Below are positions 1 to 9,682 of a stretch of DNA of 64,000 nucleotides, piece by piece. The position numbers and the translations under genes were made by a program. Under the pieces are notes generated by a model that was given only the letters and a program-made list of their open reading frames with translations, ran no database searches and was not told the origin of the DNA. Source of the stretch: Spirochaetota bacterium (lineage in GTDB: Bacteria > Spirochaetota > UBA4802 > UBA5550). How positions within the stretch are numbered: the first letter of the stretch is position 1; every line of letters begins with the position of its first letter. The stretch covers positions 224,001 through 288,000 of the forward strand of contig OY760686.1 of NCBI GenBank assembly GCA_963663865.1. Direction: 5' to 3'.

Positions 1-300
1 GAGAAGATGTTCGGAAGAATGCTTCCGCGCGGTTCTAAAAAGCTCATTCTTTCTCAAATGCACATGCACGGAATGGGCACATCCATGATAAAGGGCATCA
101 TGAAGAAGAAAAACGTCGACAGCCTTCCTATTATGATAGACGCGGCTATTAAGGCCGGCGTCAACATAGTCGCCTGCCAGATGAGCATGGACCTCATGGG
201 CGTGAAGAAAGAGGAGCTGCTTGACGGCGTTCAGATAGGCGGAGTCGCCGCGTTCCTCGAAGCCGCTGAGCATTCAGATACGAGTTTGTTTGTGGGGTAA
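1..300 (+). CDS. DsrE/DsrF/DrsH-like domain, 3' end of a gene running off the window (often the C-terminus of CoA-disulfide reductase/rhodanese fusions)
   Basis: Frame open from base 1; motifs LSQMHMHGMG, IVACQMSMDLMG and GGVAAFL typical of DrsE_2 domains. Confidence 0.75.
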   Translation, partial: EKMFGRMLPRGSKKLILSQMHMHGMGTSMIKGIMKKKNVDSLPIMIDAAIKAGVNIVACQMSMDLMGVKKEELLDGVQIGGVAAFLEAAEHSDTSLFVG

Positions 301-308
301 AATACAGT

Positions 309-337
309 AGGGGGCGGCTCTGGCTGCCCCTTTTTTT
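309..337 (+). terminator. Rho-independent terminator
   Basis: GGGGCGGC-tctg-GCTGCCCC stem followed by T7 just after the stop at 300. Confidence 0.8.
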
Positions 338-524
338 CTGTACCGTAAGATTAGCCCTACCCCGCTTCTGTGCAATTAATGAATATGCGGATATGGTTCC
401 CTGTAAAACCTTGATAAAGCTTTAAAAAAGCAATTGCTCAAAAAGCTTCTTCATAATACCATAATTCAGCTTCCTTACAGTTTTTCTCCAACTACAATAT
501 AAACTTACATCAGAGGCTATCTAC

Positions 525-2003
525 ATGTTCAGAAATATAAGCAATCACCATAATCAGTACATGAACCTCGCGGACGGTACATGGGCCGAAAGTCGTACCG
601 GTAAATATCTTACCATAAATTCGCCTGTTGATGATTCAGTGATTGGAGGCGTGCCGGCGATGACGTCGGATGAGGTTGACTTCGCCGTTGCATCGGCAAA
701 AGCCGCTCAGAAATTGTGGAAGAAAAATACCATAGATAAAAAGGCCGCAATACTTTACCGTGCGGCCGATATACTGCTGCAGCATAAAACAGAGATAGCT
801 GAGCTTATGATGAGGGAAATTGCCAAGGACCGCAAAGGCAGCCTCTCCGAAATCGAGCGGACAGCTGACTTAATCCGTTTCACAGCGGACACCGGGAAAA
901 ACATTTCCGGAGAAACCCTTCCGGGCGACAGTTTCCCCGGCGGCAAGAGCACAAAGATATCAATAGTCAAACGGGAGCCGCTTGGTGTCGTCCTTGCCAT
1001 ATCTCCGTTCAACTATCCGGTAAACCTTGCTGCGTCAAAAATTGCCCCGGCACTCATGGCTGGCAATTCTGTTGTCTTCAAGCCGGCGTCGCAGGGAAGT
1101 CTTTGCGGCCTCTATCTGGCGAGGGTCTTTCAGGAGGCCGGTGTGCCTGCCGGAGTTCTGAATACCGTAACAGGAAAAGGAAGCGAAATCGGAGACTATA
1201 TCACAACCCATAAAAACATCAACTTTATCAACTTTACCGGAAGCACCCCGGTCGGCACGCATATTTCCAGAATTACCAGTATGGTTCCCCTGCTGATGGA
1301 ACTCGGCGGGAAAGACGCGGCCATTGTCCTGGCTGATGCCGATCTGGATCTGGCGGCAGAGAATATTGTTGCCGGAGGATTCTCCTACTCGGGACAGCGC
1401 TGTACAGCTCTCAAGCGTGTGCTTGTTGTAAACGAAGCAGCAGACCGCCTCGTGGAAAAAATCAGCGCTAAAGTACGGAGTCTCACCGCCGGCAACCCGT
1501 TAGAGAGGGATGTCGATATCGTCCCATTGATTAATACAAAGGCAGCCGATTTTGTTATGGAGCTGATTGAAGATGCCAGAGCCAGAGGCGCGAAGTTAAT
1601 AACAGGCGGCACCCGTACCGGCAACCTGATTGAAGCCACATTGTTTGATAATGTCACAACAGAGATGCGGCTAGCCTGGGAGGAACCCTTCGGCCCGGTG
1701 CTTCCGGTTATTAGGGTAAAGGATAAGGATGAGGCTATAGAAATTGCCAATGCTTCTGAGTACGGCCTTCAGTCAGCCGTATTTACTGAAAATATTAACG
1801 GGGCCTTTTACGTTGCCGATAAACTTGAAGTCGGCACAGTGCAGGTTAACAACAAGACAGAAAGAGGACCGGACCACTTTCCGTTCCTTGGAGTAAAATC
1901 CTCAGGGATAGGGACTCAGGGAATAAGATATTCTATAGAGTCGATGTCGAGGCCGAAGGCGACAGTTATAAATCTGGCACATCAGGAAACAGACAAAGAA
2001 TAA
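525..2003 (+). CDS. gapN: NADP-dependent non-phosphorylating glyceraldehyde-3-phosphate dehydrogenase
   Basis: ALDH motifs ISPFNYPVNL, FTGST, MELGGKD, YSGQRCTA, EEPFGPV; GapN-type tail RGPDHFPFLGVK.SG.GTQGIRYSIE. Confidence 0.9.
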   Translation: MFRNISNHHNQYMNLADGTWAESRTGKYLTINSPVDDSVIGGVPAMTSDEVDFAVASAKAAQKLWKKNTIDKKAAILYRAADILLQHKTEIAELMMREIAKDRKGSLSEIERTADLIRFTADTGKNISGETLPGDSFPGGKSTKISIVKREPLGVVLAISPFNYPVNLAASKIAPALMAGNSVVFKPASQGSLCGLYLARVFQEAGVPAGVLNTVTGKGSEIGDYITTHKNINFINFTGSTPVGTHISRITSMVPLLMELGGKDAAIVLADADLDLAAENIVAGGFSYSGQRCTALKRVLVVNEAADRLVEKISAKVRSLTAGNPLERDVDIVPLINTKAADFVMELIEDARARGAKLITGGTRTGNLIEATLFDNVTTEMRLAWEEPFGPVLPVIRVKDKDEAIEIANASEYGLQSAVFTENINGAFYVADKLEVGTVQVNNKTERGPDHFPFLGVKSSGIGTQGIRYSIESMSRPKATVINLAHQETDKE

Positions 2004-2086
2004 ATGTCCAACATCAGCACTGAACTTCTACGTTAATGAAGTCTTAAATGATACTCTCCATGTTATCTACTTATCAGGAGTTTACC

Positions 2087-2437
2087 ATGGCCAGTAAGTA
2101 CTGTGTAAATTGCGACCGCGTTGTTGAAGCAAAAAGGATTGTTGGAGCCGGGTCATTAATCATGGTTCTCTGTACTCTCGGCTGGTGGATTCTGGCTATA
2201 CCGTTTTACTCGAAAAGATGTCCTATCTGTAAAGGGACGTCTTTTGGAGAAAAGACGATACAGCAGGTTGAAGCCGAAGCGACTTTGCCGCAAGCAGTCA
2301 CTGCTTCGACAGAGCCTGATCCGCTGGAGAAGCTTCAAAAACTTCAGGAACTTAAAAATGCCGGGACTATAACAACCGATGAGTTTAACGAGTACAAAAA
2401 CAGAATTCTGGCATCGGTTAAAGTGAACACGCTTTGA
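2087..2437 (+). CDS. Zinc-ribbon membrane protein with C-terminal SHOCT domain
   Basis: CxxC...hydrophobic segment...CPxC; C-terminal LEKLQKLQELKNAGTITTDEFNEYKNRIL; AGGAG RBS before ATG 2087. Confidence 0.7.
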   Translation: MASKYCVNCDRVVEAKRIVGAGSLIMVLCTLGWWILAIPFYSKRCPICKGTSFGEKTIQQVEAEATLPQAVTASTEPDPLEKLQKLQELKNAGTITTDEFNEYKNRILASVKVNTL

Positions 2438-2575
2438 GCCGGCGGAACGCTGAAGAGCTTACATAAACAACCAGCGGATAATAGCTTAAAAAAACAAAAC
2501 TTTAAAGTCTAACTTCAAAATAAATTTTTTAATTAATTATCAATCATACCATGACAGATTCTGTCTGGGGGGATT

Positions 2576-3259
2576 ATGAACAGGCAAGCAAGTAAAGCAT
2601 CAACAGTAATTGAGATGAGAAGACAAATCAACTCGGATTACATGGACATGCTTATAGACCTTAACAGGGAACTCCAGAGCTGCCAAAACGAAATAAAGAA
2701 ACTCGTTGCTAAATCCATTGAATATGAAATGGGTATAGAAGCAAGTGACCGATGGCTGGCGGCAGACAGACGCAATGACACAGAGGGCTTTGAGTCCGCC
2801 TCAAGAACGATTGGCAACCTGAATAAACTTGAAAAAGATTTTACCTGTCTCCTCAAAAATTCGCGCAGCAGCTTTTCAGGCTTTACCCTTAAGAAAAGAA
2901 CAAAGCCATGTAACTATCTTCTTGCCGCAAAAACAAGTCCACTTCCCAAAAAAGATACTGCCAGACCCAAAAGAGGCAAGGTAATTGCCGTAGATTTCAA
3001 AGGTAGAGAGAGCGCCATCATAGACCTGACACGCAATTATCTGAATGACATAGAATCCCGCATATACATGTCAGCGATAAATCTTGCCTGTTCAAGTGCA
3101 TGGCGTGAGTGGAACGAAAGCATGCCTGCCGGATCTATAGTTGACTTTGCTCCGGAGGCCCTATTTAATACCGGAGATGAGAATGTTACCTGTCTGATGA
3201 AACTCTGGGAGATTGTAACTGCCTGCATTGACAATTTTGACCACCGGACTGATTTGTGA
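2576..3259 (+). CDS. Hypothetical protein
   Basis: 227-aa ORF with G-rich RBS and N-terminal coiled coil; no recognised motif. Confidence 0.55.
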   Translation: MNRQASKASTVIEMRRQINSDYMDMLIDLNRELQSCQNEIKKLVAKSIEYEMGIEASDRWLAADRRNDTEGFESASRTIGNLNKLEKDFTCLLKNSRSSFSGFTLKKRTKPCNYLLAAKTSPLPKKDTARPKRGKVIAVDFKGRESAIIDLTRNYLNDIESRIYMSAINLACSSAWREWNESMPAGSIVDFAPEALFNTGDENVTCLMKLWEIVTACIDNFDHRTDL

Positions 3260-3340
3260 TAATACAGAAACCGGCAGTTGAGCAATATGAGCATCTGAGA
3301 CACCATTCTAAACCATATGGGAAATGAGTGACATCAACAC

Positions 3341-3742
3341 ATGAGATACCTGGGCTTAATACAATGCAAAAAATGCAACTACAGGAAGATGTTCACTCTC
3401 GGCATTGGCTTTATGGATTCAAGTATTGAGAACATCCTTGATTCGACTATAAGATCCAGGCAATCACGTGAATGCATCAAAAGAATTCTGAAAGATGAAA
3501 CAGTAAATAACATAGACTATTCCCGTGTGATTATGCGCTGTGAAAGATGCAACAGGCTTTACGCGCGGTTATCTCTCAAAATTGAGCATCAGAGTGGAAC
3601 ATATATCCAGCTGTACAGATGTCCAAAATGCAAAGGACAGTTGAATGAGCTTCCAGAGTGTAAAAATAATACAAAAGAAGTACCTTGCCCTGATTGCGGC
3701 AAACCAGCCCTTGTGATAGAGGATTGCGGGTTTTGGGATTAG
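3341..3742 (+). CDS. Hypothetical multi-CxxC zinc-binding protein
   Basis: Four CxxC pairs (CKKC, CERC, CPKC, CPDC) and terminal GFWD. Confidence 0.65.
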   Translation: MRYLGLIQCKKCNYRKMFTLGIGFMDSSIENILDSTIRSRQSRECIKRILKDETVNNIDYSRVIMRCERCNRLYARLSLKIEHQSGTYIQLYRCPKCKGQLNELPECKNNTKEVPCPDCGKPALVIEDCGFWD

Positions 3743-4199
3743 GTTAAATAAAATGCTTTCCTTTTACTGCCGGTGAGATATGAGTTTGTTAACATCCGCA
3801 TTCGTGGCATGATGGAGCGGAGAAGAGTATTCTACAGCTGATGAACTGAATAGGAAGGAAGAAGTCGTTTATTGACGTAAATCTTGAGAGCTATTCTGTA
3901 TCTGTCGGCATTGAGAATGACTGCAATACCTGTGCAATTCTTGATGTCAAACGCGAACCGGGATTAAGTTCATGTTGATCTGTCAGTCTAAGCTGTATCG
4001 GAAAAGTGTTCCTGATATTGATCTGAGATTTAATGGTGATAGGGATATTGAGCTTTTGAATCTAGGGAGCTTTTCGGAGAAGTATGAGGTTGGGAATGTG
4101 GCAGAAAGTTAGAAGAATAAAATGTTAATCCAGGATTAGTAATATGCCATTGCCCCGCCCCCTGTGGGAATAAAAATTCATTTTTAAAGGAGGAAAGGT

Positions 4200-4679
4200 A
4201 TGTTGAAAAAAATCGCTATGGTCGTTTTGCTAATTACGTTTTCGGGGCTCTCAATTGCAGCAGATACCGTTAAGAAAGATAACGGCAATCAGCCATGGGT
4301 GGTCGACATCGAAAATCTGACAGTAAAAAATGAAAATTTCCGCTCCTCGCAGTGGACGGGTAGCAACCTTCAGATGACCGTCATGTCGCTTAAGCCAGGT
4401 GAGGAGATAGGATTAGAGAAGCATGACAAGAACGATCAGTTCATCCGTGTTGAAAAAGGGAATGCCCGTGTTGTGATGGGCGTTTCGAAAGATAAAATGA
4501 CTTTCGACAAAAAAGTTTCAGATGATTGGGCCATTTTTATCCCAGCCGGTTTCTGGCACAATATTATCAACGAAGGGGATAAACCGCTCAAGGTTTACGT
4601 TATTTATGCTCCTCCGGAGCACCCCGCTGGAACATTGCACAAAACTTTCAAGGAATCGGAAGCCGCTCATGGTCATTGA
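4200..4679 (+). CDS. Secreted cupin-domain protein
   Basis: Signal peptide; cupin motifs GLEKH..DQFIRVE.G and IPAG.WHN.IN; YAPPEH; AAGGAGG RBS. Confidence 0.85.
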   Translation: MLKKIAMVVLLITFSGLSIAADTVKKDNGNQPWVVDIENLTVKNENFRSSQWTGSNLQMTVMSLKPGEEIGLEKHDKNDQFIRVEKGNARVVMGVSKDKMTFDKKVSDDWAIFIPAGFWHNIINEGDKPLKVYVIYAPPEHPAGTLHKTFKESEAAHGH

Positions 4680-4808
4680 CCGGAGAGGAGAGGACAGCCA
4701 TTGAGGAAAAGCACAGGCAGTATTCTTAATTTTTTTGCTGAGATGTCATAAATATTAATCTGAGGGTAATAACTGTTCAAATATTCGAATTTCCATGAGG
4801 CCACATCT

Positions 4809-5219
4809 ATGAGCAAAAACTCAATATTTAAGATGATCTGTTACATGAACGATTACACCCTGTGGGATGAGACGATTCATGATAACGTGCTCAGGTTTCA
4901 TAAATCGTATTCGATCTATCCCAACATCATGCTTGCATCAAAGAATACATGGGATAAAATAGATGAATTCGCCAATCTCCTTCATCCGGATTCCATTATA
5001 GATTCTGATGATTATATCTTCGACGAAGACATGGACGACCACGCGATTAAGCCCATCTCTTCCTTTGAGTCAGATGACTATACTCTTCATTTCTGTGTCG
5101 ATGAAAAGGCGAATGAGAATTACTTTTTTCTGGTCTTCGATGAAACTCCAATTTTTGACGGTGAACCATACGAATATGATGACGGAGAAGATGCAGTGAT
5201 TTATAGAAGAATAGCCTGA
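4809..5219 (+). CDS. Acidic hypothetical protein
   Basis: 136-aa ORF with GAGG RBS. Confidence 0.55.
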   Translation: MSKNSIFKMICYMNDYTLWDETIHDNVLRFHKSYSIYPNIMLASKNTWDKIDEFANLLHPDSIIDSDDYIFDEDMDDHAIKPISSFESDDYTLHFCVDEKANENYFFLVFDETPIFDGEPYEYDDGEDAVIYRRIA

Positions 5220-5267
5220 GTTGTTCTTGTAGCCTTTTTTAATAGATTTTTATTTAACGGAGATGAT

Positions 5268-5660
5268 ATGAAACTAGAAGGATTTGGGATATTTGTAAAG
5301 GATATGCCCGTGATGGTTCGTTTTTACAGAGACGTGTTAGGATTTGATATTAAAGAAGATGAAAATACAACCAATGTTTATTTGGTAAAAGACGGAACGC
5401 TGTTCCTGCTTTATAGAAGAACTGATTTCGAAAAAATGGTAAATCATGGTTTTGAGTATGTGAAAAACCTAAACGGTCATTCTGAAATAGCTTTAAGTGT
5501 TGAAAATTATAGTGCTGTCGATAGAACATTTAATGAAGTAATTGGGAAAGGGGCTGTATCAGTTCTGGAACCAACAACAGAATCCTGGGGTCAACGGACA
5601 TGCTATATCGCAGACCCTGAAGGGAATTTAATTGAAATAGGATCATTCCAAAAGGATTGA
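5268..5660 (+). CDS. VOC/glyoxalase family protein
   Basis: FYRDVLGF and WGQRTCYIADPEGNLIEI motifs. Confidence 0.9.
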   Translation: MKLEGFGIFVKDMPVMVRFYRDVLGFDIKEDENTTNVYLVKDGTLFLLYRRTDFEKMVNHGFEYVKNLNGHSEIALSVENYSAVDRTFNEVIGKGAVSVLEPTTESWGQRTCYIADPEGNLIEIGSFQKD

Positions 5661-5669
5661 ACGATTAAA

Positions 5670-5834
5670 ATGGGAACGACGCCTCAGTTTATAGAATTTG
5701 TTATCGATCAGATTGATCATCGTTGGAACAAAAGATACAGAAAGATGTTCGGTGAATATATGGTTTATGTAAATGATAAGCCAATACTGCTTGTATGTGA
5801 TAATACCGTTTATGCAAAAAGGGCTTCTCTGTAG
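5670..5834 (+). pseudogene. Truncated TfoX/Sxy N-terminal-domain gene
   Basis: Hand translation MGTTPQFIEFVIDQIDHRWNKRYRKMFGEYMVYVNDKPILLVCDNTVYAKRASL*; RKMFGEY..Y...K....CDN is the TfoX_N pattern; stops after 54 aa. Confidence 0.65.
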
Positions 5835-5953
5835 AGAGTTTTGAAACTGAACCTTCTACGGAAGGCAATGGATCAAAAAACGGGGATATGTTTCTGATTT
5901 TTGGAAAACTAAGATTTGGGAAAATTCTGGGTGATTAACCAGTCGAGCAATAT

Positions 5954-6568
5954 CTATGAACTTTTTAATCCGTTTTCGATAATTTTATGTAATTTCGTTG
6001 AATCTGCTAATTGGACGCAGTCAATTGATGCCTGGATATATTCATTAGGAGCTGCAACTGAATAATCAATAAATTCATACCCATTATATGTTGAAATCAT
6101 ATCAAAGAAAAGCCGTGTTATTCTCCCATTTAGTTCATAAAATGGATGGAGTGCAATTAACTCGCCTTGATAATATGCTAACTTTTTTGAAAATTCAATT
6201 CTATTTCGAGAATTAAAACTACGTAAATAGTTATCTTTTTCAAGATTCGAAAATATTATTTGAGAATTCCTTTTTACAAATGCCCCCTGACAAAATCGGC
6301 TATTCCCTTTAGTCATATTGAAGGTTCTGTATTCCCCTGCCCATTCATACAGAGATTCAAATGTTCTTTTATGCATCGATTTGAAATAATTTTCATCGAA
6401 GATGGTGTCTTCTTCAAGTTCATCATAAAATATCAGATACGCATCTTCCAGAAGAGTGCGTTCTAATTCATGAATTTCGTCAGGATCGGTTATGTCTAAT
6501 TTATTTTTGGGAATGCTTGTGCCGGGGAGGTAGATTGAACTACTTACCAGATGATACTTTGATTCCAT
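5954..6568 (-). CDS. Fic-domain protein (putative adenylyltransferase toxin)
   Basis: HPFYELNGRITR Fic motif variant; LYEWAGEYR; NKLDITD as in class I Fic toxins. Confidence 0.85.
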   Translation of the reverse strand: MESKYHLVSSSIYLPGTSIPKNKLDITDPDEIHELERTLLEDAYLIFYDELEEDTIFDENYFKSMHKRTFESLYEWAGEYRTFNMTKGNSRFCQGAFVKRNSQIIFSNLEKDNYLRSFNSRNRIEFSKKLAYYQGELIALHPFYELNGRITRLFFDMISTYNGYEFIDYSVAAPNEYIQASIDCVQLADSTKLHKIIENGLKSS

Positions 6569-6692
6569 GCTCTTTTTTTAATTTTATAATTTTATCTTGA
6601 ACCGGTTTGTCAGCAACAATATACCCTTCAATTGCTTGAGTTGTCCTTATAGTCTTTTTTAATAATTTTTTATTAATTGGTTTTTTATTCAT
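6540..6692 (-). CDS. Putative Fic antitoxin (VbhA/FicA-like), 50 aa, missing from the ORF track
   Basis: Hand translation MNKKPINKKLLKKTIRTTQAIEGYIVADKPVQDKIIKLKKEHGIKVSSGK*; TQAIEG fits the (S/T)xxxE(G/N) inhibitory motif; overlaps the Fic start. Confidence 0.75.
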   Translation of the reverse strand: MNKKPINKKLLKKTIRTTQAIEGYIVADKPVQDKIIKLKKEHGIKVSSGK

Positions 6693-6730
6693 ATTTTCTA
6701 ACCCACTTATATCTCAATAATAAGCAGCAT

Positions 6731-6744
6731 TTGACAATTGTCAA
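6731..6744. promoter_or_regulatory. Perfect palindrome TTGACAATTGTCAA providing a -35 hexamer upstream of the Fic TA operon
   Basis: 14-bp palindrome ~40 bp upstream of the antitoxin ATG. Confidence 0.45.
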
Positions 6745-6774
6745 GATATAATCATATTCTGGAAAAATTGGTGT

Positions 6775-7707
6775 TCACTCCCCATATACCGCGGCAAGCT
6801 CACTAATTCTGCGCTTCATTTCAGTGCGGACATGCAGCGGTTCCAGACACTCGCATCTGCTCCCGAAGCTGAGAAGAATATTGTAGTAGTAGTCGTTCTC
6901 TATAAAAGGGAAATTAACAATGTAGTGCCCGTCACCATCCTGCGAAAAATCTTCATAGGAACAGTAATCGAGAACGGTATCCATGACAGAGCGGTGAATA
7001 CGGATCTTGATGGTGGTCTGCATGCTTGTCAGAACATCAGAGATGTCGAGCTGGGGTTTCTGATATTCACGCGGACTAAAGGATTCCTCTTCTATTTGCA
7101 GGTTTGATATGCGGGAGAGCTTGAAGAGGCGGAAGTCGTTTCGCGTACGGCAGTATCCCTGCCAGTACCAGTGACTGCTTTTCAGTACAAGCTGATACGG
7201 CTCGGCAGTACGAGAGGTCCTGTTCCCGTGGCGGTCGGTATAGTCGAATGAAAGAAGCCGATATCCCCCCAAAGCCGTTTTGATAATTTCCAGATACGGC
7301 TGAATGTTCCTGTTGCCCATCCATGGATGCAGATCAATATGTATCTGGTTCACCTTCAGTTCAATGTCATTGGACCTCTCGGCGGGGATGAGACTCTTAA
7401 CCTTCGCGAGGGCGTTTGCCAGCTCGTCGCCACGCATAACGCTGGATAGGCCGGAAAGCCCTGTCAGGATAGCGGAGAGGTCGGCGGATGAAAAGACATT
7501 CCTGTCAATCTTGTATCCCGGCATGATCTCAAAGCCGCCGCCGACTCCCGGAGTTGAACGGACGGGAATCCCGGCCATGTTGATGGAGTCAATGTCGCGG
7601 TAGATGGTCCGCGGTGAAACCTCAAACTTATCCGCCAGCTCATGCGCGCTGATACGCTTTTTGTCGAGAAGTATCATGATGATGCTGACAAGCCTGTCGA
7701 TCTTCAT
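6775..7707 (-). CDS. YafY-family HTH-WYL-WCX transcriptional regulator
   Basis: MKIDRL..I...LL, ELA.KFEVS.RTIYRDI, G.GGGF, EPYQL....WYW.GYC..R.DFRLFKLSRI. Confidence 0.9.
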   Translation of the reverse strand: MKIDRLVSIIMILLDKKRISAHELADKFEVSPRTIYRDIDSINMAGIPVRSTPGVGGGFEIMPGYKIDRNVFSSADLSAILTGLSGLSSVMRGDELANALAKVKSLIPAERSNDIELKVNQIHIDLHPWMGNRNIQPYLEIIKTALGGYRLLSFDYTDRHGNRTSRTAEPYQLVLKSSHWYWQGYCRTRNDFRLFKLSRISNLQIEEESFSPREYQKPQLDISDVLTSMQTTIKIRIHRSVMDTVLDYCSYEDFSQDGDGHYIVNFPFIENDYYYNILLSFGSRCECLEPLHVRTEMKRRISELAAVYGE

Positions 7708-7763
7708 GTTATACCCCCCGTGTGAAATTGCTGCCGCTGCGCTGGAGGCTCCTTCAGCCTGCA

Positions 7764-9035
7764 TTAAAGAAAGCTGGCGAAGAGATAAATATTCAATACG
7801 GTAACCAGTGCTCCTGTCAGATACAGAACTGCTGCGTTGGCCTTTGAATTTTTGTACTCTCCCATTACCCTTCCGGAGGATGTCAGATAAACCTGCAGAA
7901 ACACGGTAAAGGGCAGCTGAATACTGAGCATCATCTGGGATATTATCAGTCCCCTGAACGGGTCAGTTATGAGAAAGATTATGCCCAGTGCCGCCACAAA
8001 CGACAGAAGGATTCCGGTTTTTGAGTGTACATCCTTTATGTCATACGGCTCTTTAAATATTCCGGAAAATATTGAGCCTGCCGCCATTCCTGATGTAATG
8101 GTCGACGCCACGCCAGCGAAAAGAAGCGCAATTGCGAATATAAACGCGGAATGGCCGCCAAGAAGGGGAGAGAGAAGACCCTGCGCCTGCTGAAGCTCGG
8201 TTACCTTAACCCCGGCGGCGTAAAAGCCGGATGCTGCAAGCAGAATCATGGCGCTGTTTATCCCCCAGCCGATCAGCATTGAAAAGAGGGTGTCAAAGAA
8301 TTCATACCTGAGTTTTTTTCTGATGACATCCTTATTCTCAAGGTTCCACTGACGGCTTTGAATTATCTCTGAATGAAGAAACAGGTTGTGGGGCATTACG
8401 ACAGCTCCGAGAACGCTCATTACAACCACTATGGAACCCTCAGGCATTGACGGTGTAACCCAGGCTTTTCCGGCCGCGGCCCAGTCTATTTTTACAAGCG
8501 AGAGCTCATATAGAAACGACAGTCCTATGACCGACACAAAGGCTATTATCCACTTTTCAATCATGCGGTATGAGTTGGTAAAGAGCATGATGATAACAAA
8601 GACTGTCACGAGAACTGCTCCTGCTCTTATGGGAATATTGAAGAGCATGTTCAGGGCGATTGCCCCGCCAAGAATCTCGGCAAGCGAGGTCGAAACCGAA
8701 GCCAGAACGGCTGATCCGAGAAGCGGCACCGACCAGCGCCTTTTCAGGTAGGTTGTCGCTGCTTCGGCCAGGCACAGGCCGGTTACTATTCCGAGGTGGG
8801 CAACATTGTGCTGAAGCAGAATGAGCATTACAGTTGAAAGGGTAACCACCCAGAGAAGGGCGTATCCGTAATCGGCTCCTGAGGCAAGGTTTGATGCCCA
8901 GTTGCCCGGGTCTATGAAGCCCACCGTAACGAGAAGACCCGGTCCCAGATATTTGAGAATCTCAAGGCCGCCCAACCGGGGATTGTGATGGGCTGAATCA
9001 TATCTCTTTTTGATATAGCCGAATAATCTGATCAT
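7764..9035 (-). CDS. mntH: Nramp-family divalent metal (Mn2+/Fe2+) transporter
   Basis: GPGLLVTVGFIDPGNW and GAVVMPHNLFLHS signature motifs; many TM segments. Confidence 0.9.
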   Translation of the reverse strand: MIRLFGYIKKRYDSAHHNPRLGGLEILKYLGPGLLVTVGFIDPGNWASNLASGADYGYALLWVVTLSTVMLILLQHNVAHLGIVTGLCLAEAATTYLKRRWSVPLLGSAVLASVSTSLAEILGGAIALNMLFNIPIRAGAVLVTVFVIIMLFTNSYRMIEKWIIAFVSVIGLSFLYELSLVKIDWAAAGKAWVTPSMPEGSIVVVMSVLGAVVMPHNLFLHSEIIQSRQWNLENKDVIRKKLRYEFFDTLFSMLIGWGINSAMILLAASGFYAAGVKVTELQQAQGLLSPLLGGHSAFIFAIALLFAGVASTITSGMAAGSIFSGIFKEPYDIKDVHSKTGILLSFVAALGIIFLITDPFRGLIISQMMLSIQLPFTVFLQVYLTSSGRVMGEYKNSKANAAVLYLTGALVTVLNIYLFASFL

Positions 9036-9110
9036 CAAACACCTCTTACTGGTATAACTCCAAATAATTCACATTATAAAAACTTCTCATAATTTTCTGA
9101 GATGATTTTG

Positions 9111-9138
9111 AATTGTTGCCATGCAGATGTCAACAATT
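9111..9138. promoter_or_regulatory. Inverted-repeat operator AATTGTTGCCAT-gcag-ATGTCAACAATT
   Basis: 12-bp arms with 1 mismatch between divergent mntH-yafY and hydrolase genes. Confidence 0.6.
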
Positions 9139-9190
9139 ACAGGATATATTAAACACGTAAATAAAGCAATCTGCCGGATAGGAGGAACAT

Positions 9191-9682
9191 ATGCAGGATA
9201 AAGCGCTGGTCGTTATCGATATACAAAACGACATCACAAAGAATTACAGGGATATTATCAGCAATATCAATAAGGCTATTGATTGGGCTGTTAATGAGAA
9301 TATTCATGTTGTTTACATAAGGCATGAAAATCTGTCAGCCGGTACGAGGACTTTCAAACCCGGAACGCGCGGGGCAGAACTGGTACCGGAGTTGAAAATT
9401 GTATCAAAGAATGTCTTCACCAAGTACAAGGGAAACGCATTAACCAGCGATGGCTTTGCCGAGTTTCTCGCAAAAAACAGGATACGTGAGTTCTACATAG
9501 CCGGGGCAGATGCTGTTGCCTGTGTAAAATCAACCTGCTTCAATCTGCGTAAGACGGATTACAGCGTCAGCGTTCTGTCGGACTGCATCACCAGTTATGA
9601 CAAGAGGAAAATCGACGAGATGCTCAGGTATTATGAGAGCAAGGGGTGTGAGGTAGTGTGTTTGGAGGAGCTGGGAGTGTGA
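9191..9682 (+). CDS. Isochorismatase-family cysteine hydrolase
   Basis: ALVVIDIQND, FTKY, GADAVACVKST (Asp-Lys-Cys triad); GGAGG RBS. Confidence 0.88.
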   Translation: MQDKALVVIDIQNDITKNYRDIISNINKAIDWAVNENIHVVYIRHENLSAGTRTFKPGTRGAELVPELKIVSKNVFTKYKGNALTSDGFAEFLAKNRIREFYIAGADAVACVKSTCFNLRKTDYSVSVLSDCITSYDKRKIDEMLRYYESKGCEVVCLEELGV

